Below, one piece after another: positions 22,885 to 36,938 of a stretch of 64,000 nucleotides of DNA (its first letter is position 1; every line of letters starts with the position of its first letter). Location: positions 168,952,001 to 169,016,000 of the forward strand of contig NC_058368.1 in assembly GCF_018350175.1 (NCBI RefSeq), in the 5' to 3' direction. The notes below the pieces were generated by a model that saw only the letters and a list, made by a program, of their open reading frames with translations, was not told the DNA's origin and did not search any database. The position numbers and the translations under genes are program-made. Source of the DNA: Felis catus (lineage: Eukaryota).

Positions 22885-24654
22885 TAGAATTTTTGGTTTA
22901 AATGGAAAGGAAATAGTGTGTTTTGGGGGGGGGGGGAAGGTTCTCTAGTTTGATAAGGTACCTAAATAAATTTTTAAGTTTGAAGTTAACTGTTGGAATT
23001 AACTGTAAGCAAGAAGGAATCCAATAATTTCTTAGCCTTCATTTCAAAGAGTGTCCCTCTTAGAAAAGAAAAGCATTGTCATGAACATGTGCAAACAATG
23101 TTAGAAAATTATTAAAATTCATCATGCAGCAGCAGCAAAAACAATTGAAGTTATCAGCCAAAATTATCATTAGCTATTGCAAGAATAATTTCTAAATAAT
23201 TATAAATGATAGTAGTTTGGTGACTTTGGCTGTTTTACTAGAAAACTTAAAGAGTAGTGAAGGTCACATTTTTGAAAATACTTGTTTATAATTTTCAATA
23301 GGAGAAATTTTACCAGATACTGCATCACTGTCAAGGTCTTAAAATATATCTCTAAGATAAAAAGAAAGCACATGTTATCTTCATTTGACTATGTGAAAAA
23401 TTAAAGCAAGACACTGTCAAGGAAAATTGATGCAATCTCTATCTCCCCTGTTGGTCTTATGATTATTCCATAGATCCAGATTTATGTACCCACACTACAG
23501 TCAATGTATTTCCCATCAGTCAACTAGTTTCTCTTTAGTGTCTGCTGTTTCCAGCTCTCTAATAAGGGCTTTAAACAAAATTTCGTATAAAATTTAATAT
23601 AAAACAAAAGTTAGTAAGGTATTTGTTCTTAAAGACTAGCATTTTAACCAGAGATGTTATTTTTACCTCTGATTATTAATTGGACCCTTAATAGTGATAG
23701 CTGAAAGATTTTGATTAAGACATCAGGAATAATTTTTCTCTATTCCTAAGTTATGGTGAGTAAATAATTTTTCTATTTTTAAGGACATGCTATCCACTCA
23801 TGAGTATCTCATTTCTCTCATTTGAAAAGACAACATAATGTTTCCTATATTAATTTTATTTTCTTATGAAGTAGAAACATGGAAAAGCTAAGTATCAAAA
23901 ATACCTTATTGTTTTGGTATAATAATGAAACCTGATATATAAAGAAATAAGTTCCACACTAATGCAGTATTTTGTGACTTGATTAGTGTGTAGTGCTTTA
24001 AAAACTAAGCACAGAACAATGGCATATCCCAAATAATCAGTGTTACAGTTTTATTTTTAAGAATGAAGATAACCTCATTCAAATTAAACAATTAATTGAA
24101 TTTCTTTTACAGTATCAAAAGTTACAAATAGAAATGTAACATCAAGAGGTTTGACAATTTAAGTGTTTCTTCTGTCATTTATTAGGAATAATTTTAAATA
24201 CCATGCTGATATGATTATGATCCTCCTTCCTTCCCCAGCTGCTTAGACGCCTGCCCCACACAAGTAACTTAAATTTAGATTGTTCTATTCAACTTGAGAC
24301 TTGGCTTCCATGCAGATTTAACTTTGCTAATTAAACCAGATAGTGATTGATGATACTTCTATTAAGATCTGTTCAGCCAGTAATTCTTCTCAGTGCAAGA
24401 GCCCCTGAGAAGAGCAATGTACAAGCTCTATTCTGGCGGGGTCCACAGTCTTTTGCAGAAGGAACAGCATATGAATGTGTCAGCGAGACAAGTACAGTCG
24501 CTGTAAAGGTATGTTCCTAGAAATAGGATTAATACACAGGAGGAATGATTCACATTGTCTGTGGACACCAAGGACAACTGTATGGGGGACATGGCTCAGA
24601 GATAGAGTCTCAATGTCCAAATGGGAGGTCACCAACAGTCTTTAAACAGTGAAG

Positions 24655-24780
24655 TTTCCCTTTAATAGATTGTGAACTTCATGAAGGCAGAAACCATGTA
24701 TTGTTTATTCACCAATATTTATTTAGAGCCTAGCATACTTGTTAGTGCTCAAAAAGGCATTGCTAAAGGAACCAAGTGAA
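24655..24780 (+). mobile_element. L2 3' end
   Basis: tagattgtgaacttcatgaaggcagaaaccatgtattgtttattcacca...agagcctagcata. Confidence 0.7.
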
Positions 24781-24959
24781 GACAGGAAAGGGCGGATCAG
24801 GCAGAAAGGTAATCATCTGCATGAGGTGTTCAGGAAACCATAATTTGTGAGTGTTCTTGGAGCAGGTCAAGACCGGTGGGAGAATGGTTAGAGGTAAAAG
24901 TGAAGGGACAATAATAAAGATAGGTAATACTTACATAGTGCTATGGCACCACACATTAT

Positions 24960-25205
24960 GTCAAAAAAAATTTTTTTAATGTTCATTTATTTTTGAGAGA
25001 GAGACAGAGAGAGAGAGTGTACGAGCCGGGAGAGTCAGAGAGAGAGAGAGAGACAGAGAGAGACAGAGAGAGACAGAATCTGAAGCAGGCTCCAGGCTCT
25101 GAGCTGTCAACACAGAGCCTGATGTGGAGCTTGAACTCACAAACTGTGAGATCATGACCTAAGCTGAAGTCGGCCACTTAACTGACTGAGCTACCCAGGC
25201 GCCCC
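24960..25205 (-). mobile_element. Can-SINE
   Basis: Antisense full-length copy; perfect 15-bp TSD ggcaccacacattat (24945-24959 / 25206-25220). Confidence 0.97.
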
Positions 25206-25850
25206 GGCACCACACATTATTTTTAAAATATATATTATATATTTTATATGATATATATCATAGCTATAGATGGAACGTGTGGAGGGCTTTGAGCAGGGGA
25301 AACAAGGTGACATTTATTTTGGGAAATGAACTAGAGATTGCCTGACTCAACAACACCTTATAGATACGGACACAGTAGGGTCACTCTCCAAAATTGTCCA
25401 AGACTATCTCACTCCAAGCCTGACATATTCCCATTTCTTTATAAATTGGCCTATTCCTCACCCTTTGGTCTTATCCCTTTAGTGTTCACTTTCCCATGGA
25501 CATTGGCTGACTTCTTGCTTTACTGATGACTTCTGCCATAGCAACATGGGGTTCTAATAACCAGCACTCTAAAGTGGAAAAGACAGCAAAGAAACTCTTT
25601 ATAAAGTTCTTCTATTGGCTTGAGACATCCAAGGTCTATTCATGAGGCTTATTGATAAAAGAGTGAATAGGAGATAGCTTCCAACTCTAAGAGATGAAAA
25701 AAATTAGTATACATATATTAAGAAGTGTTTTCATTGGGCCTTTTCTCTTTTGGAAATGTCTCCAAGTATGCATGCATATCACAAAATAATTTTGGAATGT
25801 TTCTCACAATTATTCTCTAGGCCATACTCTTTGAAAGACAATCTTGAGAC

Positions 25851-25990
25851 TAATGATAGCAACTACATTTATTTAGCTAGTTATAGCTTGTAAATTACTT
25901 TCATGAACAGATTCTCATTTGATCCTTATAGTAACCAAGGGAGGTAATTAGCACCATTTTATACGTGAAAGAACAGAGGTTTAGTTAGAG
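25851..25990 (-). mobile_element. MIR fragment
   Basis: ttctcatttgatccttatagtaaccaagggaggta...ccattttatacgtgaaagaacagaggtttag is the antisense MIR core. Confidence 0.7.
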
Positions 25991-26771
25991 TACATGTGTT
26001 TCCAGAGCTTTAATCTACACTTCCTACTTTCATATCTATCCTTTTTTCCCCCTACAATGCAAAATATGTCCATGTTTTATAAATTTAATAAATCAAAATA
26101 GTATTTTATTAATACTGAATAATGCTGGAAACACATAGGTGTCTAGTCCAAACTAACTTTGTTATCGCTGTTGTATTTGTATAAACCAAGTCACCTCTCA
26201 ACTCTATGACAAGTACTAAGGTTTCTTGTAGCATTTTATGGTCATAAAAGTAATGTTTGTATTGTCAATATGAAGCAAAGAAGCCTCATCCTAAGATAAC
26301 ATTCAGGTCTGTACAACTTGTCTATATAACCTAATACTGTAACTTAAAATTTTCTAAAGTCGCTTAATTTCAAAAAAAAAAAAAATGTTTAAGTCTATCT
26401 TAGTTCTAACAATGGCTTTTATAAATTGAGTATCCGGTTTGTTCAGCTGGGCCCTTACTAGGCTTGCTGAGGGAAGGGGTACATGAAGAAGAAACCCTCC
26501 CACCTAGAGCAAGTAATAAAGGGCATCAAGATTTTCTCATGGCTTTCAGAAGAAGAAAGGGGATGTGCCAGAGGCTACGGTGTGCCTTCCTCGACACCGC
26601 ACCAGTCAGTGTGCACATGCACCATGCAGTCATTGACTCTCCCTTAACGTTCACAGAAGTTGTACAAGGAATGTAAGAGAGAATGTCAGATGTAGGGCTG
26701 TAACAAAGGATGTGCAGGAAAATGAGAGTGGGAAAAAAAGGAAGAGCTACTCAAGCTCTCAGTTTAAAAAA

Positions 26772-26990
26772 GGGCACCCGGGTGGTTCAGTCGGTTATGC
26801 ATCCAACTCTTGATTTCAGCTCAGATCATGATCTCACCGTTTGTGACATTGAGCCCCGCATTGGGCTCTGCACAGACAGCACAGAGCCTGCTTGGGATTC
26901 TCTTTCTCCATCTCTTTCTGCTTCTTCCCTGCTTATGTACATGTGCTCTCTCAAGATAAATTAATATTTAAAAAGAAAAAGAAAAAGAAA
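26772..26990 (+). mobile_element. Can-SINE, older subfamily
   Basis: gggcacccgggtggttcagtcggtt...actcttgatttcagctcag...cctgcttgggattc, A-rich tail; TSD not clear. Confidence 0.93.
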
Positions 26991-27319
26991 ATAATTCAAC
27001 TCCTTAAAATGCCCATGGGATACTTACAGGTCTTTGGGATTTTTTATAATTCATATTTAAATACCTTCCATGTTTCTTATAGTGGGCATTATCAAAGATA
27101 TTAAGATGTTAGAAGAGAAATTCAATCACACCTTAATGTCAGAAACCTTAGACTTAGTTACTCCCCCACCCCACCCCGCCCAAGAACTTCTGTTTTTGTT
27201 TGAAGCAGTATTATGGCCTCAAAAATTCTTCATTTCTCTAGTTCCTCCCACTCTCTTTTTGTATGCAGTTAGCTGTCCTGAACTTCAACCTGAGGTTTCA
27301 TAGATGAGGGGCTGTGAAA

Positions 27320-27860
27320 TCACTTACCCTCTCTGAGTGGTTAGGAGACTATTAGAATAGTCCCAGAAAGGACTAAGGGCCTATACTATGACATGAGCAG
27401 TGTGAGTGCCAAGGAAGGGTTTAACTCAAGAGCTTTTTCAGAGCAAGAACATTTAAAAATTATTTATGTGATGTAGTGAAAAAGAGCAAAGAATCAAAGA
27501 AGATTTTGAGACTGGATTTCTAGCATGGGTAGGGGTCTGTGACAATCCATGAGCCAAGCTAGGGACAGGTTTTAGGGGGAGGGAAGATCTCACATTTGTT
27601 TTGGGCTTGTCAACTTTCATATACTTGTGGGATATCTAGAAAGAGGAATGTAGAAGAGTCCAGGTGAAATATTGGAGTAGAAGATCTAAAACTGGGGTCT
27701 GTTAATGTCTATGTGATCATAAAAGCCATGGGAGAAAAATGAGATTGCCTGAGGAGAGGAAGAAGTGGCAGTAAGCTAAGGCAACATTTAAACAATGGGA
27801 AGAAGAACCGTTGAAAGATCTTAAAAAGCACAGAGGGGCCAGATAAATGAAGAGATGAGC
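27320..27860 (-). mobile_element. L2 fragment
   Basis: gttaggagactattagaatagtccca...aagccatgggagaaaaatgagattgcctgaggagag resembles antisense L2. Confidence 0.6.
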
Positions 27861-29483
27861 CACAGATCTTTAATACTGTTTATCAGAATTTCTTCCTTGT
27901 GTTCCTTGTGTCCCATAGACTCCACCCCCACACCGCATCCCTAAAGGAGAGGGCCCATGTCTTTACTTCTCATTCTTTATAACTTAGGGACCCTGCTAAA
28001 GGATGGGAAAATTGTTCCTAGCGAATATTACCAAGAGAGCATTTTTAAGGAAGTACTGTTTGTCACTTCATTTTCAGATGTCAGAAGTGGTTTTTATTTC
28101 ATTTTTTTTCCCCATTAAGATGTAGAGGTGTTTTGGTTAAAGCTGCATAAAAATTGTAGTAGTTTATATGCCCTGTTATGAAAGCAAACCCTCAGTTTTC
28201 TTCTGGGTATGATGCGTTGATGTGGGAACACACATTTTGCTGACATGTTCTGAAGCTTTGTATTTTGACGAATTGACCTGGGAATAAGAATTGATCGAAA
28301 ACTTCTCATTTTTTACAATGGCTGAAGTAAGTATCAGTTAGGAAGATGGGCAGCCAATTAGCTGACAGGATCTACACAGTACTAGATGGATTGCAATGAA
28401 AAAATTGAATTGAGAAGAGAACACTGCTATCAATTACCACCTGACTGGCAAGTATGTTATTGAATCATATAAGAAATAAAAGCCAAAACTTTTTTTTCTC
28501 TGACTTCCCCAAAAGCCTAAATTGCAGAAAGCTGTAGTACCTAGTAAGCAAAAACAATGCTATCTTATGTAATGGGAAATATTATTGTAGGTAAAGAAAG
28601 CACTTGGTTTTTTGTTACCAGCAGCTTAAGCCTATTTTTATTCTGTGCACACCAAAGCCATATTCATATTACATAAAAAAGCAATGCATTATTTTAGTGG
28701 TTCTTAATAGCCATTCAAAGAAAGCTTTAAATAGGAAAGAATGCATTAGAGTAGAAATGAATTTCACCTGTAGTAAAATAAAATAGCATTTCTCTTTTCA
28801 TTATATTGGATAATTACACCAGTACTACAAATAAAGAAATAATACAGAATGTATCCTTTCTGAAGCAATATTAAAGGCATCTTGAACTGGGCAACTCACC
28901 ATATCACTGATCTTAAGGTCCATCCATTTCATGCTCTTACTGACCAGATTTTTCATTTAAATCCCATGGGAAAGAATTTGGCTGTCATTTGTAGGAGTAT
29001 GTATGATCAGTAGTATTTTTACCAGGAGCCCAGAAAACAGAAAAACAGTATTATGAAAGACCTATGTATCTAGAAAATGCGTCTTTTTAAAATTGTCATC
29101 ACAGAGCTATTGATGTTTAAGAGAGCAAGAAAGAAAAAATTACCAAATCCTAAAGCCTGTTGAAATGATTTTAGTATTTGATTTTGCTTCTTATGAAAGT
29201 TTTGGACTTCAAATGCATTTTTAACATTGCTGCTAATGATAGAGTAATGTTAAAGCCTCTATCTTGTAACTGGAGACATTAGGAATACACAGAATGTGCC
29301 TTTCTCAGGCTGAGTCATCTAATAATAGGGTAGAGTATACTTTAAATTGTAATGAATTAGGAGGTAAGAGATTGTTAGGCGGTAGACACAGACATCCTAA
29401 TCATTTATGTAAGTGGAGAATTTGAGAGTAGAGCAGTCACCTCATAACTTATTAATGCCCTTCAACTCACAGGCATTGCTTTT

Positions 29484-29696
29484 TTTTTTAATTTTTTTAA
29501 ATGTTTATTTATTTTTGAGACAGACAGAGTGCAAGCGGGGGAGGGGCAGAGAGAGAAGGAGACACAGAATCGGAAGCAGACCCAAGGCTCTGAGCTGTCA
29601 GCACAGAGCCCAGTGTGGGGCTCTCACTCACAAACCAGGAGATCATGGCCTGAGCTGAAGTCAGATGCTTAACCAACTGAGCTACCCAGACGCCCC
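29484..29696 (-). mobile_element. Can-SINE
   Basis: Antisense full-length copy; TSD caggcattgctttt (29470-29483 / 29697-29710). Confidence 0.97.
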
Positions 29697-30128
29697 CAGG
29701 CATTGCTTTTAAGAAACAAGAGGAGCCTCACAAGCAAGAGTCCAGTGTGGAGTCTTCCTAAATGAAACCCTGGATCCATGCCCCGTGATAGTTCCTCCTC
29801 TTCCACATCCTGTGAGCATATCACATTTAGAGAATGGGCAAAGTTATAGGAATTAGTTCTAATGTGAGCAACTCTTACGGGCTACATTCAAGTGTAGGAC
29901 TTAATGGAGACCAAACTATATCAGCATCTCCAGAGGACATATAGTGGCTTGTCTTACCTTGTATCCCTAATATGATGCATCCAACTTCCTTTATCCATTC
30001 TCTCATAAGCCATGTTAATATCCTATTTCATCAGGAGTGTCTAAAGTGTTTCTTAGGAACAAAGAAAACTCAGAAGAGTTTCAAGTTATGATAAAATACT
30101 TAGACATAAAGACAGTGGTTTTAAGGTT

Positions 30129-30153
30129 GTTTTGTTTTGTTTTGTTTTGTTTT
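30129..30153. repeat. (GTTTT)5 microsatellite
   Basis: Read directly. Confidence 0.9.
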
Positions 30154-30271
30154 CCTGCATTGGACTTGACTGAAGATTCACAAAACTGAGAAGCCATCGT
30201 AGGTACTATAGACAAACTACAAATATCACCCATGCTCAAGGCATCACTGAGGGCAGGAAGGTTTTACCTTC

Positions 30272-30641
30272 TATATCAGCTGGGACAAGCTAAATTATGC
30301 TTCGGTAACTAACAACATGAGAACCTTAGAAACTTAAAATGTCTAAATTCATTTCTCACTACAGTCCATCATGGGTCAGAAAAATATCTGCTCATAATAC
30401 AGGAAGGGAGACAGGAAGATGCAAAGTCTATTGCTTCCACAAATCAGAGACAGAGAACTTGCCAAGCCATGTGCTGGCTCTTAAAGCTGCTTCCTAGAAG
30501 TGACAATCATCACTTCTGCTCAGATTTCACTGACTAAATCAAGTTACATAGCCACACCTGAGTTCAACATGGGGCGGATGTATAATCCTCCTACAGAGAG
30601 AGGTACTATATGTGCTTGTGCCCAATAACAGAACTACCACA
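30272..30641 (-). mobile_element. MaLR LTR (MLT1I/J-like)
   Basis: ctggctcttaaagctgcttcctagaagtgacaatcatcacttctgctcagatttcactgactaaatcaagttacatagccacacct and terminus ...ctaccaca. Confidence 0.85.
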
Positions 30642-32334
30642 CCTGCTATTCTATCAGCTCTGCCAATGGAGTGTAGTTTTCAGAACAGTTTTTTTATGTA
30701 TTGTGTTTTCAAAAACCACCGGCTTAACGATCTAGATACATCAGATGGGAGAAGCTTTGGATTTGGGGACCTACTCTTTGCATTATGGCTACCAGGGTAC
30801 GTATGGATTCCAAGGTCCTTTCTTCTCCATTTATCAGCACCAGTGAATTTTCCATGAAAATTGTCACTCCCTCCACAGTAGCTTTGGGCTTAGGGTGCAA
30901 AAGGCATTCATAATCATCTCTGTTAGGAGACTGATGATAAGAGAAGGACACAACAAACTTCTACAAATGCCCATTTACCTTCTATTATTGTACTTAATGG
31001 GATTTGTCACTGGGAATTACTTTTTTACATGAGTTAAAAAAAATTAAAAAGTAAATTGTCATTGCACCACACTACAACATTTGAAAGCTCAGCTCCACTT
31101 CTTCCTTTGTGTGACTGTCATAATCTGACCCCACCTCCATCCTCCAATGTTTTTATTATGTAAATTATATACATGCCAGGGGTGGGTACTGTTTGGTGGT
31201 GAGCCACTAGGCAGGTGTGGGAATTACACAAACAAGGTGGCTTTAATCTGGGAAGTTTTCATAGATGAGGTGGAACCTGAGGGACTACAAAACTTATTTT
31301 AAAAACTTAAAATGATGACGTATACTCAAGGGAAGGAAAAAGAATGGCATGCTTCCATGGAACATTTGTTAAACAACTGCTGTGTAACAGGCTCTGGGCA
31401 GGGAGTCCAGGAGTTAAAGGAGAGTAAGAAGTGATCTTCCCTTGAAAGACTTACAATAGAGCACACCTAACAAATGGTATGGTTTGTGGGAAATTTGGAG
31501 GGAGATTTATCAAGGGGCAAGTTCAGCTAACAAAAGATGAGAAGATGTCCTGGAGAATAGGAAGAAATGAAGTAGCAGACTTCTCAGTGACCAATCAATA
31601 CTGTATGTACTTTAGCTCGTCGCTTCTTTTATATGTCATTTTGACCTCTTCTGTGAAGTGCGGCATATTGTTTAAACATGTGAGGAATATAGAGTATTAA
31701 AATTGTATGTTGTATTCTAGTAGCTGATACTAAGGGAACCTAGAAAGTTTACGTCTTCAGTGTTAGATTGATGGACAGACAATGACAAAATGGCCTTTGT
31801 TTTTGGTTTGTTTTTTATCCTGTCACTGAAGGTGGGACGTGATTACTTTATGACAAAAGCAACCTCCCTGCTTCGCTTCTGGCCGCTCAAATTTAGGCAA
31901 GAACCCATCTATGTTGAGTGATCTCTTACTATTTTATTAAGAAGGAGTTCACGGTCAGTGACAAATGCTAGCAGCTCTGTCATGCCATTAAGTAACTTGG
32001 ACAGTGCCAGCCGGCACTTGCCGCAACCTTGTGAGAGCATCAGGAAGAGTTATATCAGGGAACAAGACGTTGCCCTGCTAAAGCCAAATCCACCGCGGGG
32101 CACAAAGAAAACAGCTTGTTGTAGGCTATAAAATGCTCGATTGTAGACACATCAATTTAGTAGTCGTCTTGCCAATCAAAAAGATGAGGGGTCTAATCAG
32201 TCTTGTGAGAACTGAGTTAAAGAAAGGACAGGCAAAAACATTTGAGGAAAACAGAGCCCTTCTAACTACGGTCCAGTGTGAATAAGTGTTTCTTTAACCT
32301 GACCTGTTTTTGATCCCAGACCTTTTCACCAGCC

Positions 32335-32612
32335 GGACTTCAACTCATACTTCCAAATTTAAAGGTCTCCGCTGCTCAGATATCACCTCCTCAGAGGCTT
32401 CTGTCAATCCCACTAAGAGTCTCCACCCCCCACTCACCTCCCTTTATACTCTGTCCCCACAGCTGCTCTACATTTCCTAACAACATGTATAACTCTCAGC
32501 AATCACATTGCTTATCTACTTGTTTGTTGTTTGTGTGCCCAACCAACCTGTAAGCAGCACTGGGAAAAGAATTGACTCTGTTTATTGCCCTATCTCAATA
32601 AATACTTGTTCA
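32335..32612 (+). mobile_element. L2 3' region
   Basis: gctcagatatcacctcctcagaggctt...tctcaataaatacttgtt. Confidence 0.7.
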
Positions 32613-35239
32613 GTTTATTATCATAGTCCTTATTCACCACAAAAGCATGCTTTGGTACAGCACAGTTTCCCTGATGTTTCATATAGCTCAAAGTAGAGAA
32701 CTCTCTGGATCCCAAATCCCTTCTTCCCTGCCCTCTTTTTTTCCTACCATTTTTACTGATAATTGTTTTTATAGAAGTAAATGGTATTAACATATTGGCC
32801 ATTTTACAAATTGAATATAAATGTAACTCCTTTGTCTCAGAGGCATTGTGAGGGTCCATTATGAAGTACTTGCTGTGCATTCTGGCTGTGATAGTGCCTT
32901 TCACCAGCCATGGGGCCCTGGCTTCCTTGGCATCCCAGTTGTCCCTCATTCTGGGGGAGCTTTGAGGGAATCTGGCAAGGTCTTCCACGCCAAACTCTGC
33001 AAACTGTGGCTGTCTACATCTAGGTGGTGTTTTCTTACCGTTACTTGGATGAGAATATCTGAGATACAGAATTTGCATGTTTATTTGTTGGAGGGTTTGG
33101 TTTGGTTCCGTTTTGTTTTCCTGCTGCTGAGCTAACCAGAACATGAGAGTCTCTTAAGGACCTTGGCAATTTTTCTTCATTCTTGGAGTTGCTAAGAGCC
33201 AGGGAACTGCTACCAAATGCTTGGACATACCCAAGACACAGAGTGATCCTTTCAAGAGCTTGCTGCTGCTTTACGGCAGGAAAGGAGGTGTACAAGTGCA
33301 AAAATGAATATGAATGTCTTTTGGATTGATCCTAATTCTAAATTAAGAAAATTGGAGAATATAGGAATACACAGGGTATTTAATTTGTAAGAATTTATCT
33401 TTAATTCTCTCCTCCGAGTCATTTTCAAGTTGTAAAAAGATAAGTGTTGCTTCTTTTCTCCATCTAACCTCCTTTTCTTGTTCTTTCAAGGGCTCAAAAA
33501 TTCTGATTGGGATTATGTCCTTTGTTTTATTTTCTTGACTGAGAACATAACCAAACTTCTATTGTTACATTTCTTTAAGAGTGTGCAGCACACTCAGCTA
33601 TAGAAAGCTTTATCTAGCAAAATTCTACCTTTTTCTTAGCTGTAAACTTTATAACAGCTCCAGTGTTGCAAAGCAACTCTCTCCTTGAAGGAAATGCTTT
33701 CTTTGAAATCTCCAAGCTTAAAAATAGCAAAACATTCTGTTGCAGAGCTTTTTACTACAATGACATGAAGAAGGAAACAGGATGTTTAAAGAAAAATTTT
33801 TTCATGTCATTTGATGAAGCTAAATTTACCTTCAAATTATGTGCTTCACTGCTTTACGTTTGCATTACAAATGTTTCTTTGCCTGAGTTGTAAAAAATCC
33901 TCCCCACCCCCACCCCTGCTTAAATTGTTCACTCTGTTTTTGCATTACTTGGGCACCAACTAATATCTTTCCAGGGAAGCATACTGGGAGGCAGCCTGAT
34001 TGCTAGCAACATCTAATATTCAAAAGCAAAACAATATTTTTCAGGAGATCTTCATTCAAGTGTGGTAGAAGACTTTCTGAGATTATTCAAGGTTGAGATT
34101 TGTGGAAGGGAGACTGTCTACATAGAGAATGTTGTTATTGGGGCTTTATTATTGTCACATTGATGTTGCAGGAAATGTATGCTAATGTGTTTCTCCTAGC
34201 TTTTTTTTTTTTAAACACCTTGAGTAGATAAGCCAATATTCAAACTATTTGGCTACCTGGAAAATAGACCTTACAATTTATGAACTCCGTATTATTATGT
34301 TTAAAAAGTAATAATCTTCCAGAATTTTGTATAAGTAACAGAGAAACACAGAAGCTTGGGTGATTTACATCTCAGTATTTAGTTTTTAAGATCTGTGCAG
34401 ATAACATATGAGGAAAGCAGTAAAGAACTATATGAAACAAACATTCCTTGATAAAACTAGGAAAATTTTTTAAAATCTGTTTTTCCATTTTAGTTATATG
34501 AATTTAAACAACAAAAGAGGAAGGCTGATAGAATTACAGCTATTCGTAGAAAATATCTTTAGTTTTTAGCACTTTTCTAGTGATTTTCAAATAGCTTTTA
34601 ACCTTTTAAGTAGAGACCCAGGGCCAGCCTCTTTCTATTTCAGAAACACAAGTAGAAAACTCCTGATCTGTTCCAACTGACAGTAGAGAGATTAAGTGTG
34701 TGTATTCCAGTTACTGACTTGAGTAATATTATTGACTACTAATCTTTTCACGGTTATAGCCATATTGATCCATCTATTATATCTCTTTCATTATAATTAT
34801 TTTATATGGCTTGTTCTTTTATTTTTGCATGCAGTAACATTTCCTTTATGTCAGAAATTCTAGATTATGATTTTGTGACATTTATCCATGTATTCGACAT
34901 GTATGAAGTGCCTATGATTTATAAGGCATTATATGCATCATATAATTTTGTGTGCTTCACAGAAGACAGAAAGTTCTTCTCAATCTACATGTCATAGATG
35001 AAGTAGCAACAGAATGAGCCACAGAGTTTAAAATGTTGCTCCATATGGCAAGTATGGCATTGGCACGACTTTACTTACCATGCTGTATGCGTCATTATCT
35101 CACAACTGATGGGTTGGGAGGAAGTCCAAAGGAAGTTCAACAACAACAACCCAAAAAGCAAAGGAGAGGCTTAGAAAATCTATCAAAGGATTCAGTAATG
35201 TGATAAAGGAACGATTAAGAGACAACAGATTTTTTTTTT

Positions 35240-36230
35240 AAACACCAAGAATAAAATTAAGAGTTAAGATGAAAATGTTGGGGAAACATACAATGTAGTC
35301 CGGGAAACATATAATATATATGATAAATGACAGTTTTTAATCATAAAGATATTTATAAATCAATAAATAAACAACCCAGTGGAAAAAAATTGGTAAAGGC
35401 AATTGAAAATGAGGAAAAGGCAATTTCCAGAAAAATGATTATACAAACACCCCATCCTTAAAAAAATGGAAAAAATTTTGAATAACATATTTATGGATGT
35501 AACAAAGTTTTAACATATTTGAAAAAATGTTAAAATTCCTTAGTCATAAAAGAAACTCAAATTCAAAATAAATGAGCTATCATTTTTCTCCTGCAGATAA
35601 ATTAGAAAGAATGCTATGAATCAGTGTGGATGAGGATGTGGGAAAGCAGACGTGCATGTACAGCTGGTGGGGGTGTAAATAGCACAGCCTCTTGGGGAGG
35701 TAATTTAAAAATAGTCTCTAAAACTATCCTGAGTTTGCATTTACCTTATCCCAGATATTTCACTTCCAGGAATATATTGTATGAAACTAACAACAGATGT
35801 ACAAATACATGTGTGTGACCAGGTGTTCATTGCAACATTATTCATGGTAGCCAAAAAAAGGAGGGGGAAATCTGGAAAAAGAAACTAAAATATCCAACAA
35901 TCATGTGTTAGTTATATAAATTATTCCCATTAATAGAACACAAATGCTGACATTATAAAGGCTGTGATGTAAGGATGTTTGTAGCAGAAAATGTTCTCTT
36001 GTGTATATTCCTAGCTAAAAAAGGCAGGACAGACTTCAGAATCTACATGATACCAATTTTTTAAAAAGTGCATATACACAAACACAGATTCTCTATACAA
36101 AGAAAAAAATAGAATAATACTAATAAACACACCAAAATATTAAGAGTGATATCTGTAGTTAGATTTAAGTAATGTTTTCTTCTAATTGCCATATTTTTTC
36201 CAGTGAGCAATAACTTTTATAATTAGAAAA
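35240..36230 (+). mobile_element. Ancient L1 (L1ME-like) 3' region
   Basis: gtgtggatgaggatgtgggaaagcag...gctggtgggggtgtaaatagcacagcc...tgttcattgcaacattattcatggtagc. Confidence 0.8.
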
Positions 36231-36745
36231 AAATTAATTTCTCCATCCATACTCAAATGTATTTCTTTCAATTTACATATAATGTCAATTTTCTTCACTT
36301 AGGTATTTGTTTTATTTTTTTCTTATATTGTACATATATATCATTAACCATAGTAAGGACATCTGTCATAGCTGGATACACATGGGCATTGGAATCTATA
36401 TATAATAGCTTATTTACCTACAATAATACATTGCAATGATTTAGCATTTCCAATTATTCAGGGAATAGTTAAAAATGGGAAGTAATCTATGAAAGATCTC
36501 TAAACCCTAAATAAATACCATCAAATTCCCTGCATTGTAATCCTAACACTTCCAATATGGGAGTTTTCCTTTGGAGTGTCTTTATTTTTTGTTTTAAACA
36601 TAACTCTTAATAGGTTTGATTTTCAGGTTCTCATAGATTTGAATCAGCAAATTAGAAAGGCCACAGGGAAGGGTATTGACAAGACCGAGAAGAAACAAAC
36701 ATTCTTTGGGAAACACAAGAAATCCAAAAAACAGGCAAAGTTCTT

Positions 36746-36938
36746 TTTTTTTTTCTTTTTTCAGTTTTTATTTAAATTCCAATCAGTTCACATACAGTGT
36801 AATATTAGTTTCAGGTGTACAATTTAGTGATTCAACACTTACCTACAGCACCTTGGTGCTCATCACAGCACGTGCCCTCCTCAATCCCCGACTCATCTCC
36901 CCTCTGGTAACCATCAGTTTATTCTCTGTAGTTAAGAA
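36746..36938 (-). mobile_element. 5'-truncated carnivore L1 3' end
   Basis: T tail, atattagtttcaggtgtacaatttagtgattcaac; TSD gcaaagttctt (36735-36745 / 36939-36949). Confidence 0.9.

Noticed and set aside
6820..24522. Scattered single STAT/BCL6-like TTCnnnGAA motifs
   Set aside because: Expected by chance in AT-rich DNA when not clustered with other motifs.
32590..33144. Longest ORF (184 aa, minus strand)
   Set aside because: No recognisable domain, begins in low-complexity GTTT-rich sequence and ends in an L2 fragment; consistent with chance.
36627..36672. 46-nt exon candidate tttcag|GTTCTC...GAAGG|gtattg
   Set aside because: Weak donor, short pyrimidine tract, unrecognised peptide.
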